Positions 1 to 11,562 of a DNA stretch of 46,869 nucleotides are shown one piece after another. Position 1 is the stretch's first letter; each line of letters begins with the position of its first letter. Position numbers and translations under genes: made by a program. This DNA comes from Octopus bimaculoides. Its lineage: Eukaryota. The stretch spans positions 125,019,731 through 125,066,599 of the forward strand of contig NC_068985.1 in the NCBI RefSeq assembly GCF_001194135.2, given 5' to 3'. Under the pieces are notes generated by a model, which saw only the letters and a program-made list of their open reading frames with translations, was not told the origin of the DNA and did no database searches.

Positions 1-95
1 GCCCATTGTAATTGGGAAACAGATCAACTTTTTGCCGTAAAACGATCCTCTTTTTCCGCATTAATACATGAATATATATATATATATATATATAT

Positions 96-403
<308 letters not shown>

Positions 404-790
404 AAAGTAGAGGAAAATGAAAACGCAAATCCTAGACAGTCAACCAAATTCCCGAACGCATAAATGAAGATATTCAATCAAGGTAATTGAATCATATATA
501 TTTATACACACCAACATAAATCTTGTATGTATAGGCGTAAAGATTCTCCAAGGGTATAAAGAAAAAAAAAACCAAACATACATAGAAATATAGGAGAGAT
601 ATTAAGGCATATAAAAATATATAAAATTAGATATAAAATCACATATAAATAAGGATTACATGTAAAAAGTTATGCGTGATAAATATAGGGGGCACAAAGC
701 GAATATATATGATTCAATTACATTGATTGAATATCTTCATTTATGCATTCGGGAATTTGTTTGACTGCCTAGGATTTGCGTTTTCATTAC

Positions 791-982
791 GAAAACAAAC
801 ATGGAGGGTCGTTGGACAATAACGAGAAGAAAATAGTGAACGGTGGGAGAAACATTTTTTTTTTTTTTGAAGAGAGAAAAGATCTCTTCTATCGTTTCTC
901 TTTTCCAAAAAAAAACCCCGTTTCTCCCATCTTTCACTATTTTCCTCTCGTTTTTGTCTAACGAACCTTCATGTCTGTTTTC
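791..982. repeat. Imperfect foldback (inverted repeat with ~90-bp arms)
   Basis: The left arm GAAAACAAACATGGAGGGTCGTTGGACAATAACGAGAAGAAAATAGTGAACGGTGGGAGAAAC.. matches the reverse complement of the right arm (GAAAACAGACATGAAGGTTCGTTAGACAAAAACGAGAGGAAAATAGTGAAAGATGGGAGAAAC..). The loop is about 15 nt. Confidence 0.85.
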
Positions 983-1290
983 TTTCGGTTTCCTTGTATG
1001 TCTCCACTTATTTTTTTGCTCCCAACGTTGACCGTCCATAAATCCTAAATTTTATTTTGGAATTTCTGGGAGCAACTGTCTTTGAAGACTCATATTGTCG
1101 TTGAATGTTCGAAATGAGGAGTAGATATCCGGCCGACAACTGATGAAGGGTCCTTTCTCTGTGTTATCTTGTCCTGTTTTCCATTTTATTCTCGTTGCTT
1201 ACGTATTTCACTCGTTTTTCCCTCGTTAGTTTACGTATTTCATATTATTTGCACCGTTGGTGACGTCCTGTACCCATATATGCATATACA
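970..1290 (-). mobile_element. Dispersed repeat family X (terminus TGACGTCCTGTACCCATATATGCATA)
   Basis: The reverse complement aligns with 39121-39420 through shared ATCTACTCCTCATTTCGA, ACGACAATATGAG, CAGTTGCT and GGAGACATACAA blocks. Confidence 0.75.
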
Positions 1291-1387
1291 TTCCTACATA
1301 CATGTATAGAAATAATGATACAAATACACAAATAAAGTCGCTTGGGCTAGATATAAATAAATAAATACACATGCATACATGTAAATA

Positions 1388-2087
1388 TTGGGTTGGCAAC
1401 TAAGTTCCCGCTGCTTTTTTTAATTTAAATTTTTTAAAAGTTTTAATAAAAAATAACAACTAATTAATCAATAATGTTTTCATCCTTGTTGTTTACAACT
1501 TCTTCCCAACGTTCAACAAGATTTTCAATACCTTGTTGGTAGATATCACCCGATTTCCACTCGAAAAATTGATCCAATCAAACTCTCAATTCTGTATCAG
1601 TATTGAACGAAACTCTGTGCATAGCATTTGAAAGAGATCGAAAGATGAGTACGGTGGGTGTGGTAGTACTTCCCAGCTATGCGTTTGAATGGCTTCCTTG
1701 GTCATATTGGCGATATGAGAGCGGGCGTTATCGTGCAGTAGAAGAACTCCATGCTGCCGATTAAGTCTTTTCTCTTGAATAGCTGTGTTGAGTCGTTCTA
1801 TCTGTTGAACATAGAGTTTCGCGTTGACCGTTTGGTTCCGTTCAAGCAATTCGTAATGGATAATCACTTCCCAGTCCCACCATACGCACAACATCGTTTT
1901 ACGCTTCATATTGATGTACAGGCACCATTTTTCGTCACCAGTAATGATTCGGTAAAGAAATCGTTGTTTGTGTCCATGAGTTGAGCGGTGACGAGCAAGC
2001 AAACCAGCGGAGATTGTGACTCGTTGATTTTTGTTGTTGTCACTTAATGCATGCGGAACCCATGCTCCATACTTCTGAACCTTTCCC
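1388..2087 (-). mobile_element. mariner (DD34D) transposon remnant, 3' half with one TIR; runs into gap
   Basis: Translation gives WVPHALS..TGDEKW..MLCVWWD..HYELL..HDNARSH..WEVLPHPPYS, with internal deletions. TA plus the TIR TTGGGTTGGCAACTAAGTTCCC lies at 1386-1410. Confidence 0.95.
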
Positions 2088-2893
2088 NNNNNNNNNNNNN
2101 NNNNNNNNNNNNNNNNNNNNNNNNNNNNNNNNNNNNNNNNNNNNNNNNNNNNNNNNNNNNNNNNNNNNNNNNNNNNNNNNNNNNNNNNNNNNNNNNNNNN
2201 NNNNNNNNNNNNNNNNNNNNNNNNNNNNNNNNNNNNNNNNNNNNNNNNNNNNNNNNNNNNNNNNNNNNNNNNNNNNNNNNNNNNNNNNNNNNNNNNNNNN
2301 NNNNNNNNNNNNNNNNNNNNNNNNNNNNNNNNNNNNNNNNNNNNNNNNNNNNNNNNNNNNNNNNNNNNNNNNNNNNNNNNNNNNNNNNNNNNNNNNNNNN
2401 NNNNNNNNNNNNNNNNNNNNNNNNNNNNNNNNNNNNNNNNNNNNNNNNNNNNNNNNNNNNNNNNNNNNNNNNNNNNNNNNNNNNNNNNNNNNNNNNNNNN
2501 NNNNNNNNNNNNNNNNNNNNNNNNNNNNNNNNNNNNNNNNNNNNNNNNNNNNNNNNNNNNNNNNNNNNNNNNNNNNNNNNNNNNNNNNNNNNNNNNNNNN
2601 NNNNNNNNNNNNNNNNNNNNNNNNNNNNNNNNNNNNNNNNNNNNNNNNNNNNNNNNNNNNNNNNNNNNNNNNNNNNNNNNNNNNNNNNNNNNNNNNNNNN
2701 NNNNNNNNNNNNNNNNNNNNNNNNNNNNNNNNNNNNNNNNNNNNNNNNNNNNNNNNNNNNNNNNNNNNNNNNNNNNNNNNNNNNNNNNNNNNNNNNNNNN
2801 NNNNNNNNNNNNNNNNNNNNNNNNNNNNNNNNNNNNNNNNNNNNNNNNNNNNNNNNNNNNNNNNNNNNNNNNNNNNNNNNNNNNNNNNNNNNN

Positions 2894-2928
<35 letters not shown>

Positions 2929-5364
2929 AAGAGATGGGGAAAAATAAAAACTGACTCTAATAAAAAAAAGTTGAAAGCTAAAAGTAAGGAACTTCCTCCA
3001 ACTCATACAAAGCAAAAGCGAACATATTTCAAAGTAGTTATTATTGTTTTTTATTCCTTGGTTCAACTTGATCGAGCAAAACTTATCATAAAACAAAAGG
3101 CATATCACCTCATTGTTTTTGTATATGTGGCACTACATTCATTGTCCGATGTATCTTTCCTGCAGGTCCAGCGACTAATTAGAAGCTCCTTTATTGGGTT
3201 AACTGTAAAATTAAGTAATGTATATAGAACTAGAGGGATTTCAGGGGTCTGTTTGTTTCAGTAATTAAAATTGTTGCCAGTCTGATGATGTCATTCAGTT
3301 GGTCACAGTTGAATCCATTTGGCTCTCTCTCTCTCTATATGGTGGTGTCCTGTATGAAATACGTGTATGTATACATTTTGCAAACAACAATTTTGTGGTG
3401 GTCGTCGTCGTCGCGATCATAGTACTGAGTATTTTTACCAGTTTTTTTTACAGTCTGAACGCCATTCCAGCTGTAAACATTCTAAATTGTTTTCTATATA
3501 ATCTATCCAGATTCACTTTTTTCATTGTGATTTCGCTATTTCAAATATAACAAGATGTAATTTGAGTGAAATTTGGCTGTTATTTTTAGCTGATCGAGAA
3601 CATCACAGAGTATGCAGTGTGGTTAGAAGCGTTGCAAGAAACGAAGACAAAGGACGCAGTTACTCCGAGTACAGGTGAGAAAGGGAGCAAATTTCCTCCA
3701 TGTTTTCATTCCAGTAGAGGAAGCGATGACAAATGTATCTTTATTCCAGAATGCTAAAAGCCCTTGCTACTCAACTAAACCAAGACATTATATATCTAGA
3801 ATAGTGAATATACAGATCGTATCGAGTAGCTAGATGGACTATTTACATAGCATATGATTGTTCCATTCGAGCACAAATGGATTTTAACACCACCACTAAA
3901 AATAAGAACCGTTCCTGTTCTTGGATGGCAGACTTCATCTGTCACTTTGTTTATCAATACCAAAAAGCCCTTCGATGGTTTTGCAGTGTTGTAAGCATCC
4001 GTGTCAGGAGATCCTGTTTGAAGGTTACATCCTTCCTATCTCTTATAAGGTTTCATGGGCCGTCGCATCTTCTATTTCTTACTAAGGTATGGTAGTCACT
4101 CCCTAAAAAAGAAAAAAACAAGCAAATTTATATAGTAAACTAGAAAAACCGATTACCGAGAAATGAAGTATATATTTGTTGTTTAGGAGGAAAATTGGCA
4201 CTAACTGCACCTCAAAATAACGGGACGTTATCCCTGTCTCAAATTAGATATTTTCTATTTGTAGTAGCGAACACTGTTACCTCAATAACCGAATAACGTG
4301 TTAGCGAAACGGCTTGAATTCATTTCGGAACACTGTCATAGATTTATTACACCTATAAATGGGAGTTTCTTTCGTTTGTAGAATCAGTTTATATAAGAAC
4401 AATAGTTAATGACGCCTAACAATTATCACTAACCGCTTAATTGTAGAATTGTAAAACACTTATTAGATGCTCATAACAATTGCATTCTCTGTTCTAAATG
4501 CATGACTTTATGACTCTTTGGATCCATTCGTTACTAACGCGAAGAATACATACATATCCACACATGCACATGGACATTACAAAATCATATTTGTAATATC
4601 CTATGGAGGGAGAATACAACAATTAAAGCATAAGGTTTGTGGAAACGTTCGTAACAATGCATTAAAGAATTATGGATTTCCGTCCAAACGTTCTTGTTAT
4701 TACTATATAAAATATATAATATATGCATGCATATGCATATATATATGTGAGTTTTTATGATTTTTATGTTTTTTTTAATGTTTATATTTGTATATTGTAA
4801 ATTAACTTCATGAACTTTGTAAATCTGTGAAGAGAATCATACATGTACCTCTATTTCATTCATTTCATCTATCAATTACTCCAGTTTACTGGAGTTATAT
4901 AGATGGAATGAGGCATATCACTCTAGGGTGAAACAGCTGTAAGACATTGTTCCTTCTTCGGTCACTAGATATTCTTTTTAATTTTTTATTGCTGATATGA
5001 CATAATATGTCATATGTGCTTGTATATTGATTTTATTGTCCTGTCCTCTTAGTTGAAAAATAAACAGGTACATTGACATAATACAATGTCTGCAAGTTGA
5101 TGAGTACCACATATTCCCCTCCATTTTCTTATTGCTATATGATATATAGAATATATATATATATATATATGTATATAAGGAGATGGAACATTGGCTTGAC
5201 AGTGGCTAGCGAGGACGCCAAATGTATGATTTTATTTTAGACGAAAATCGCTGTAACTTGCTTGTCAATAGTATATATACATTAAGTATGCTGCATAGTT
5301 AAGTGTTTTAAATAAATGCTGCTTCAATTTCATACACTTAAATGTACATATGTATGTGTGTATG

Positions 5365-5395
<31 letters not shown>

Positions 5396-5553
5396 GTATG
5401 TATGTATTCATATACATATATATAAGTATGAATGTACGTAGGGTTGTATACAAGCGAACATGAACAGTATGCGAACATATGAATGTATATATACAAACAT
5501 ACGAACAGTATGTATATGTATATATATGCATATATATATATGTGTGCGCGCGC

Positions 5554-5594
<41 letters not shown>

Positions 5595-6020
5595 TGCGCG
5601 CGCGTGTGCGTGTGTCGGAGGTAGATAGAAATATATATGTTGGATAGTTCTCACGCAAGCGTTTGTGATTTCGATTATAAACATATTATAGATATATACG
5701 TATACATAATATACTTACCTATTTGTTCCAAATATAGATTCTTACGTTTATATGTGTGTAAATATATGCGTATATACATACATAAAAATCATACAAAGAT
5801 TGAAATAACACGATGTTTATCTAGGAATATATATGCATATTCACATACACGTAAAATTGGGTGTGTGAATGTGTGTTTATGTAAGCACGTACAGTGTGGT
5901 ATGGCAATCACTTTCACGTTGATCATGTTTTCTCATCGAAAACACACAACTGGACATTGATATATACAGTACGCATACATACATGCACGCAAGTATATAT
6001 ATACATATATATACATATAC

Positions 6021-7430
6021 ATGCCAAGGTTTCGCAGCTTGTGACATATCAAGCCATGATCAACTTTGTCAAAGGCTTTTGCAAAGTCGAGATATATCAC
6101 ATCAACATTTGAATGGTCAAGTAGCTGCTTCAGGACCCAGTCATAATGCTGCAAGAGCTGCGTGAGGCAGCTTCTACCTGGACGGAAACCATGCTGGGTC
6201 TCATTCAGCAAGTCATTTTCTTCTAGGAACGCAATCAATCTCCTTCTGACAATTCGTTCCATGACTTTGCTAATATGTGAAGTCAGAGAGATGGGCCTGT
6301 AGTTCCCAGCCTCTGCTCTGCTTCCACCTTTATGGATAGGACATATGGTGCCTTCCTTCAGCTTTTTGGGAAGTTTNNNNNNNNNNNNNNNNNNNNNNNN
6401 NNNNNNNNNNNNNNNNNNNNNNNNNNNNNNNNNNNNNNNNNNNNNNNNNNNNNNNNNNNNNNNNNNNNNNNNNNNNNNNNNNNNNNNNNNNNNNNNNNNN
6501 NNNNNNNNNNNNNNNNNNNNNNNNNNNNNNNNNNNNNNNNNNNNNNNNNNNNNNNNNNNNNNNNNNNNNNNNNNNNNNNNNNNNNNNNNNNNNNNNNNNN
6601 NNNNNNNNNNNNNNNNNNNNNNNNNNNNNNNNNNNNNNNNNNNNNNNNNNNNNNNNNNNNNNNNNNNNNNNNNNNNNNNNNNNNNNNNNNNNNNNNNNNN
6701 NNNNNNNNNNNNNNNNNNNNNNNNNNNNNNNNNNNNNNNNNNNNNNNNNNNNNNNNNNNNNNNNNNNNNNNNNNNNNNNNNNNNNNNNNNNNNNNNNNNN
6801 NNNNNNNNNNNNNNNNNNNNNNNNNNNNNNNNNNNNNNNNNNNNNNNNNNNNNNNNNNNNNNNNNNNNNNNNNNNNNNNNNNNNNNNNNNNNNNNNNNNN
6901 NNNNNNNNNNNNNNNNNNNNNNNNNNNNNNNNNNNNNNNNNNNNNNNNNNNNNNNNNNNNNNNNNNNNNNNNNNNNNNNNNNNNNNNNNNNNNNNNNNNN
7001 NNNNNNNNNNNNNNNNNNNNNNTTTCTAACAGTGTTAGTTTTAATTTAGCCCTTTTCCTATCCTCCAGTTCTCTATTTAACTGGTTTGAGACCTTTGTTC
7101 TGTGTCTCATAAGGATTTTCCTGTCTCTAGGAATTCTATTGGCATGTTTGCTGGTCTTTCTATATGGCACGTATTTGGTGCATATGTCTTGTATGGTTGA
7201 CATAAAATGACTTCGTTTGAGGTCATTGTCTTGTATAGAAAGGCTGTCATGCCAGTTTTGATTTCGAATCTCTCTGCGAATTGACTTCCAGTCCGCCCTG
7301 TGGAAATTCAGGTTGGATATTGCTTGAGTCCTCCTGGTGGGGTGGGTGTCAGTGGGTTGTCTAGGACCATACATAGTTAATTCTATAATGTTATGATCTG
7401 AGAGAGATGTGCGCGTTATTTTCACATTAT
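6021..7430 (-). mobile_element. CR1/L2-group LINE ORF2 fragment (end of APE endonuclease, linker, RT N-terminus), split by gap 6377-7022
   Basis: SLSDHNIIE (APE terminal motif), NLNFHRADW, ICPIHKGG..NYRPISLTSHISKVMERIV, QHGFRPGRSCLTQLL and VIYLDFAKAFDKVDH. No stop codons in the sequenced parts. Confidence 0.93.
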
Positions 7431-7483
7431 GGATTATATATATACATATATTTACATATATATAAATACATTTATATATATAC

Positions 7484-7538
<55 letters not shown>

Positions 7539-7585
7539 CAAATACATATATATACATATATATATACATATACAGATACATATAT

Positions 7586-7616
<31 letters not shown>

Positions 7617-7804
7617 AACGTACAGACACACGCACATAAACATTCCCATACGCGCATACTTACATACATACATACATAAAAGTATACACATATCTTTTAA
7701 AACAGTGGAAAATAAGTAAATAAAATGTGTAAGTAGCGTTACTAATAACAGGTGTTATTTATTATTATAATTTCGGATTCCAATCTCAGAATGAACGTGC
7801 GCAG

Positions 7805-7866
<62 letters not shown>

Positions 7867-7873
7867 GAGATAG

Positions 7874-7906
<33 letters not shown>

Positions 7907-8320
7907 TATGCACGAGAAAGAGAGAAGGGGACTGAGTGAGAGAGAAAGAGAGAGGGAGAGAGATAGAGAAAGATAGAGAGTAGGTGAGTGAGATAATAAA
8001 CGTGACATTGATACAGAAGCAGAAGATGTGTTTGGGCGGATGTGTACACGTTTAATTGGTTAGCTTCCGTTAGCCATTTGTAATGAACCGAGGAATGCAT
8101 ATACGTTTTCATTGCGAGGTTATTTTCAGTATTCTGTAACCAAATACTGGAATCCGTTCGAAGATGTTTGGTGAGCAGACTGAAAAGAGTGTCGCTGCGA
8201 GACACAGCTTCAGAAGTGTATGAGTGAAGAATATTATAACTTTTACTGTTATTGTTTAGTCCCATATCAAACCTGATTGAGCAAGCATATTGTGAGAGAT
8301 GTTCCAATCGTGATCATCCA

Positions 8321-8371
<51 letters not shown>

Positions 8372-8831
8372 NNNNNNNNNNNNNNNNNNNNNNNNNNNNN
8401 NNNGATAATATTAATATATACATAAATTTATGTATATATTAATATTATCTCGGTTGAAAAAACTTCGATAGTGTAAATATGTTAGTAGTTTACCATGGTA
8501 GCAAAAATCACACAAAAACTGGGATATCATACCCGGTTAATAGGTAGAAATACCATGTTTAAATTATATATTTTGAGTAGATATGAAGAATAATAATAAA
8601 TGAAGCATTTTGGTCATTTTATAATTATTCCTCATATATATATAAAACAAATAATAAATGAGTATATGCATATATACGTACAAGTATGTGCATACGTACA
8701 TCTACCTGTATATATAGGTGCATATCTGGGTACAGGAGATTAACACATACTTTAAGAAATTATTATTTCTTATATTTAATTGTTTATGTTATGATTTTAT
8801 TTACTCCATGTAGCCAGACTTTGTGGACACC

Positions 8832-8869
<38 letters not shown>

Positions 8870-8872
<3 letters not shown>

Positions 8873-9087
8873 TCGCCATGGTAGATCGCTGACCACAACA
8901 TTCAAATTTTTTTTTCTCCGTGTTTTTCTCCTTGTTTTTCTCCTTGTTTTTCTCCTTATTCTTTCTGTTGAAGAGCGTAGTTCGAATTGTTATAGACTTT
9001 CTCTATTCCTGAGCGTTAAACTAATACATCATTTGTTGTTTACACCACCTGTCCTCGTCTGTTGTTTTTTTTTCGTAAATTCTCCCA
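8870..9087. repeat. Short dispersed repeat flanked by (TA)n, with internal 14-bp tandem units (TTTTTCTCCTTG..)
   Basis: A non-microsatellite block between TA arrays containing repeated GTTTTTCTCCTT units. Family not identified. Confidence 0.4.
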
Positions 9088-9379
9088 TATATATATATAT
9101 ATATAATATATATATGCATATATACATACATATATGTGCATACTTACATCTACAGGTATATATATGCATATGTGGGAACAGGGCGTCCCGAAACGTATAC
9201 AACAAAAAATACGAAGCACGAGTACATGGCTGTTGTAAACAAACAAGGACACGTCTTCCTTATTCCAGCTACAACGGGGAAAAAGAAAGAAACACAAGTT
9301 AAGCGAAGAGAGAAATATGGCCGATGGTCACGTGGGAGCCACGTGAGCAAGGGAGGAGAACTGAAGGAGAGAGAGTGAC

Positions 9380-10625
9380 AGAGTAGCCGCTGGACTCACA
9401 ATGAAGCTGCTGCCGGCCATCTCTGCGCTTACGTCCTTTATATCTTCTTGATATCTTTGCGTCAGTTCATTGAACAAACTCACCTCCATACTGACCCTCG
9501 CTTTGTACATTTGTGTTTTATGATGTACACGTATAATTCGTGACAAAGTTTCGTTGCTGTCCTTAAATGATACAATTTTGAATTGTACTTTGGGGTGGGG
9601 TTTGGAGATGGGTATCAACAGGGGAATGGTGAGGGGAGTTTTTTCTTGTATGTCTCCAGATGCTTTAGGTGGTTTTGTATGTGGAGGGGAGTCTGAGACT
9701 GAGGCCTTTTTTTCTTTTGTAACCTATTTCTACTTCTGTGGTTGGTGTTTCTTGCCTTGTTGGTTCGCTTTCCTTGGGCACTTCTGCTTGTTTTTTTTAA
9801 ATTTTTTATTTGGTTGTTTTTCTTTTGTGTCTTTAGATTTTTGTTGAGCAGGGGCTTCGCTCTTTTTCTCTTTACATCCTGGGAGGGCGTGGCCTTTTTC
9901 GCCGCACTTAAAACAGCGCGGCTTATGTCCATCAACGCTTACTTTTATGCTCAGCCCTTCCTCTATGAACACCCTATCGGGAAGTCCTTCAAGGATTTAA
10001 GGGCTTGCTTGGATAACCATTTCAAGTGACTGACCTTTCCAATTTTCGGCCTCTTTTTTCTGTATTGACATTTTTTCTTCCATGTGGTATGTTACGGCTG
10101 CAGCAATCCACAATATGTCCAAACCAGCCGGAATCTCCTCCACTTTAATTTTTGTTGTTCTCCTGCCCAGATAAATTGGCAGGAGAATTATTTCGTAATT
10201 TCTCAGTATTAATGTCGACAGTTCTTTTGCTGTGCTCCCGTCAGCGAATTGTGCCTCCACTGTAGCGCTTCTTATACCACGTCCAACGTATTTTATTTTA
10301 CTCCATGTGGGTTGCACACACTTCTCAATCACTTCGTTTTTGACAGACATTATTCATTTCTCCTTAAGACTGTACGTCTTAAAGAGACGTACAGCTATGT
10401 TCTGTAGTATATCTTGCGGAGCAATTTCGAATCATTCTCTGTTTTCTTTATCATATTGCGGTATTTAAATAATTCCGTCATAGACACGTTCAAATTCACC
10501 ACACTGCCGCATACGGAAGCTGAAAAACTGTTTTTTTTTTTCCTTCTGAACCTGTTTTGCACTTTCTTTTTCGTTTTCTTTCGCCTTTTCCATCTCTTGG
10601 ATGTCCAGAATTGACTTTTAGTCAA
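9380..10625 (-). pseudogene. Decayed gag/ORF1-like protein with one CCHC zinc knuckle (L1/Tx1-type ORF1-like)
   Basis: ORF-track pieces 10395-10625, 9997-10350, 9730-9972 and 9328-9618 join across stops and frameshifts into about 400 codons. They contain KVSVDGHKPRCFKCGEKGHALPGC (CX2CX4HX4C) followed by a Lys-rich low-complexity tract. Confidence 0.75.
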
Positions 10626-11283
10626 ATTCCATATTAATTACAAAAATTCCTTTAACAGGAAATACAAATTTTCAAAGATTTTTCAAAAATTGACAAAAAA
10701 ATTTTTTTTGCCAAAAAATTCTTTCACAAAAAATAATTTTTAAACAGTATAATTTTTACCCTGCAAAAAGGTAAAAATTAAAGTTCGCAGTTCTCCGACA
10801 ATAATAGAATTTTCGGCCCTGCAGGGCAAAAATAACTGTTAACAAAGCAACCGAGGTTCAAATTTTACAACTTCAACAACAATTCAACGGAATAACAATA
10901 CAAAAAACAGTAGAAGCTTAACATTAGAATTACCGCAAAACGAACTCACAAAGGTAGGAGCTGAAAAATCCAGCAAAAATCAGCAGGTAGTGATGAAAAC
11001 TCACTCCACTCGCAAAATACTATATGCGTTTTCCAGCGACAAACCGTCCCGAAAAAGGGGAGATAAGCCATATTAAATCTCTGAGCGAGAGGTAAACAGT
11101 AACAATACGGAATCGTAGCATATCATTGACAACCAAGTGTGACATCCTATACGGGACAGTGCTACTGACGTTTATAGCCCCAGGAAGACCTCTCTTCCAG
11201 TGTCCGATTAGTATTTGCGAGGGGAGGTCATCGCAATGTCCAATTGCAAAGGGAGGTCATATATATACATATATATATATATG

Positions 11284-11314
<31 letters not shown>

Positions 11315-11516
11315 ATAAAAGTATATATAAATGTGATCTTCTTCGAGCACATTAGCAGTCCACCTAGTGGCCTCCTTTATATATGCTTTTATATATACAT
11401 ATACAATGATCCTTTGAGATCTCAGATATTTTTTCTGAATCTCCCTGATTCTATTAATGTGCTTGTTCCCTGGTATTAAATTGATATTAATTAATATCCA
11501 ATTTTGTACCCTATTG

Positions 11517-11562
<46 letters not shown>

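Noticed and set aside
1105-1160. Possible type II hammerhead (CGAAA..ATC..CTGATGA)
   Set aside because: Stems I-III cannot be paired, and the homologous copy at about 39260 lacks CTGATGA.
3109-3202. Candidate minus-strand exon (NPIKELLISRWTCRKDTSDNECSATYTKTM)
   Set aside because: Splice signals are plausible, but there is no recognisable domain or partner exon, so the evidence is insufficient.
8965-8995. TTGAAGAG..CGAATTGTT as a decayed HHR
   Set aside because: There are too many core mismatches in this copy and stems I and II are not supported. It would need a family consensus.
9170-9200. GGGA..TCCC-GAAACGTA looks like an HHR 3' half
   Set aside because: There is no CUGANGA, and it is a variant of the family X terminus whose other copies lack the motif.
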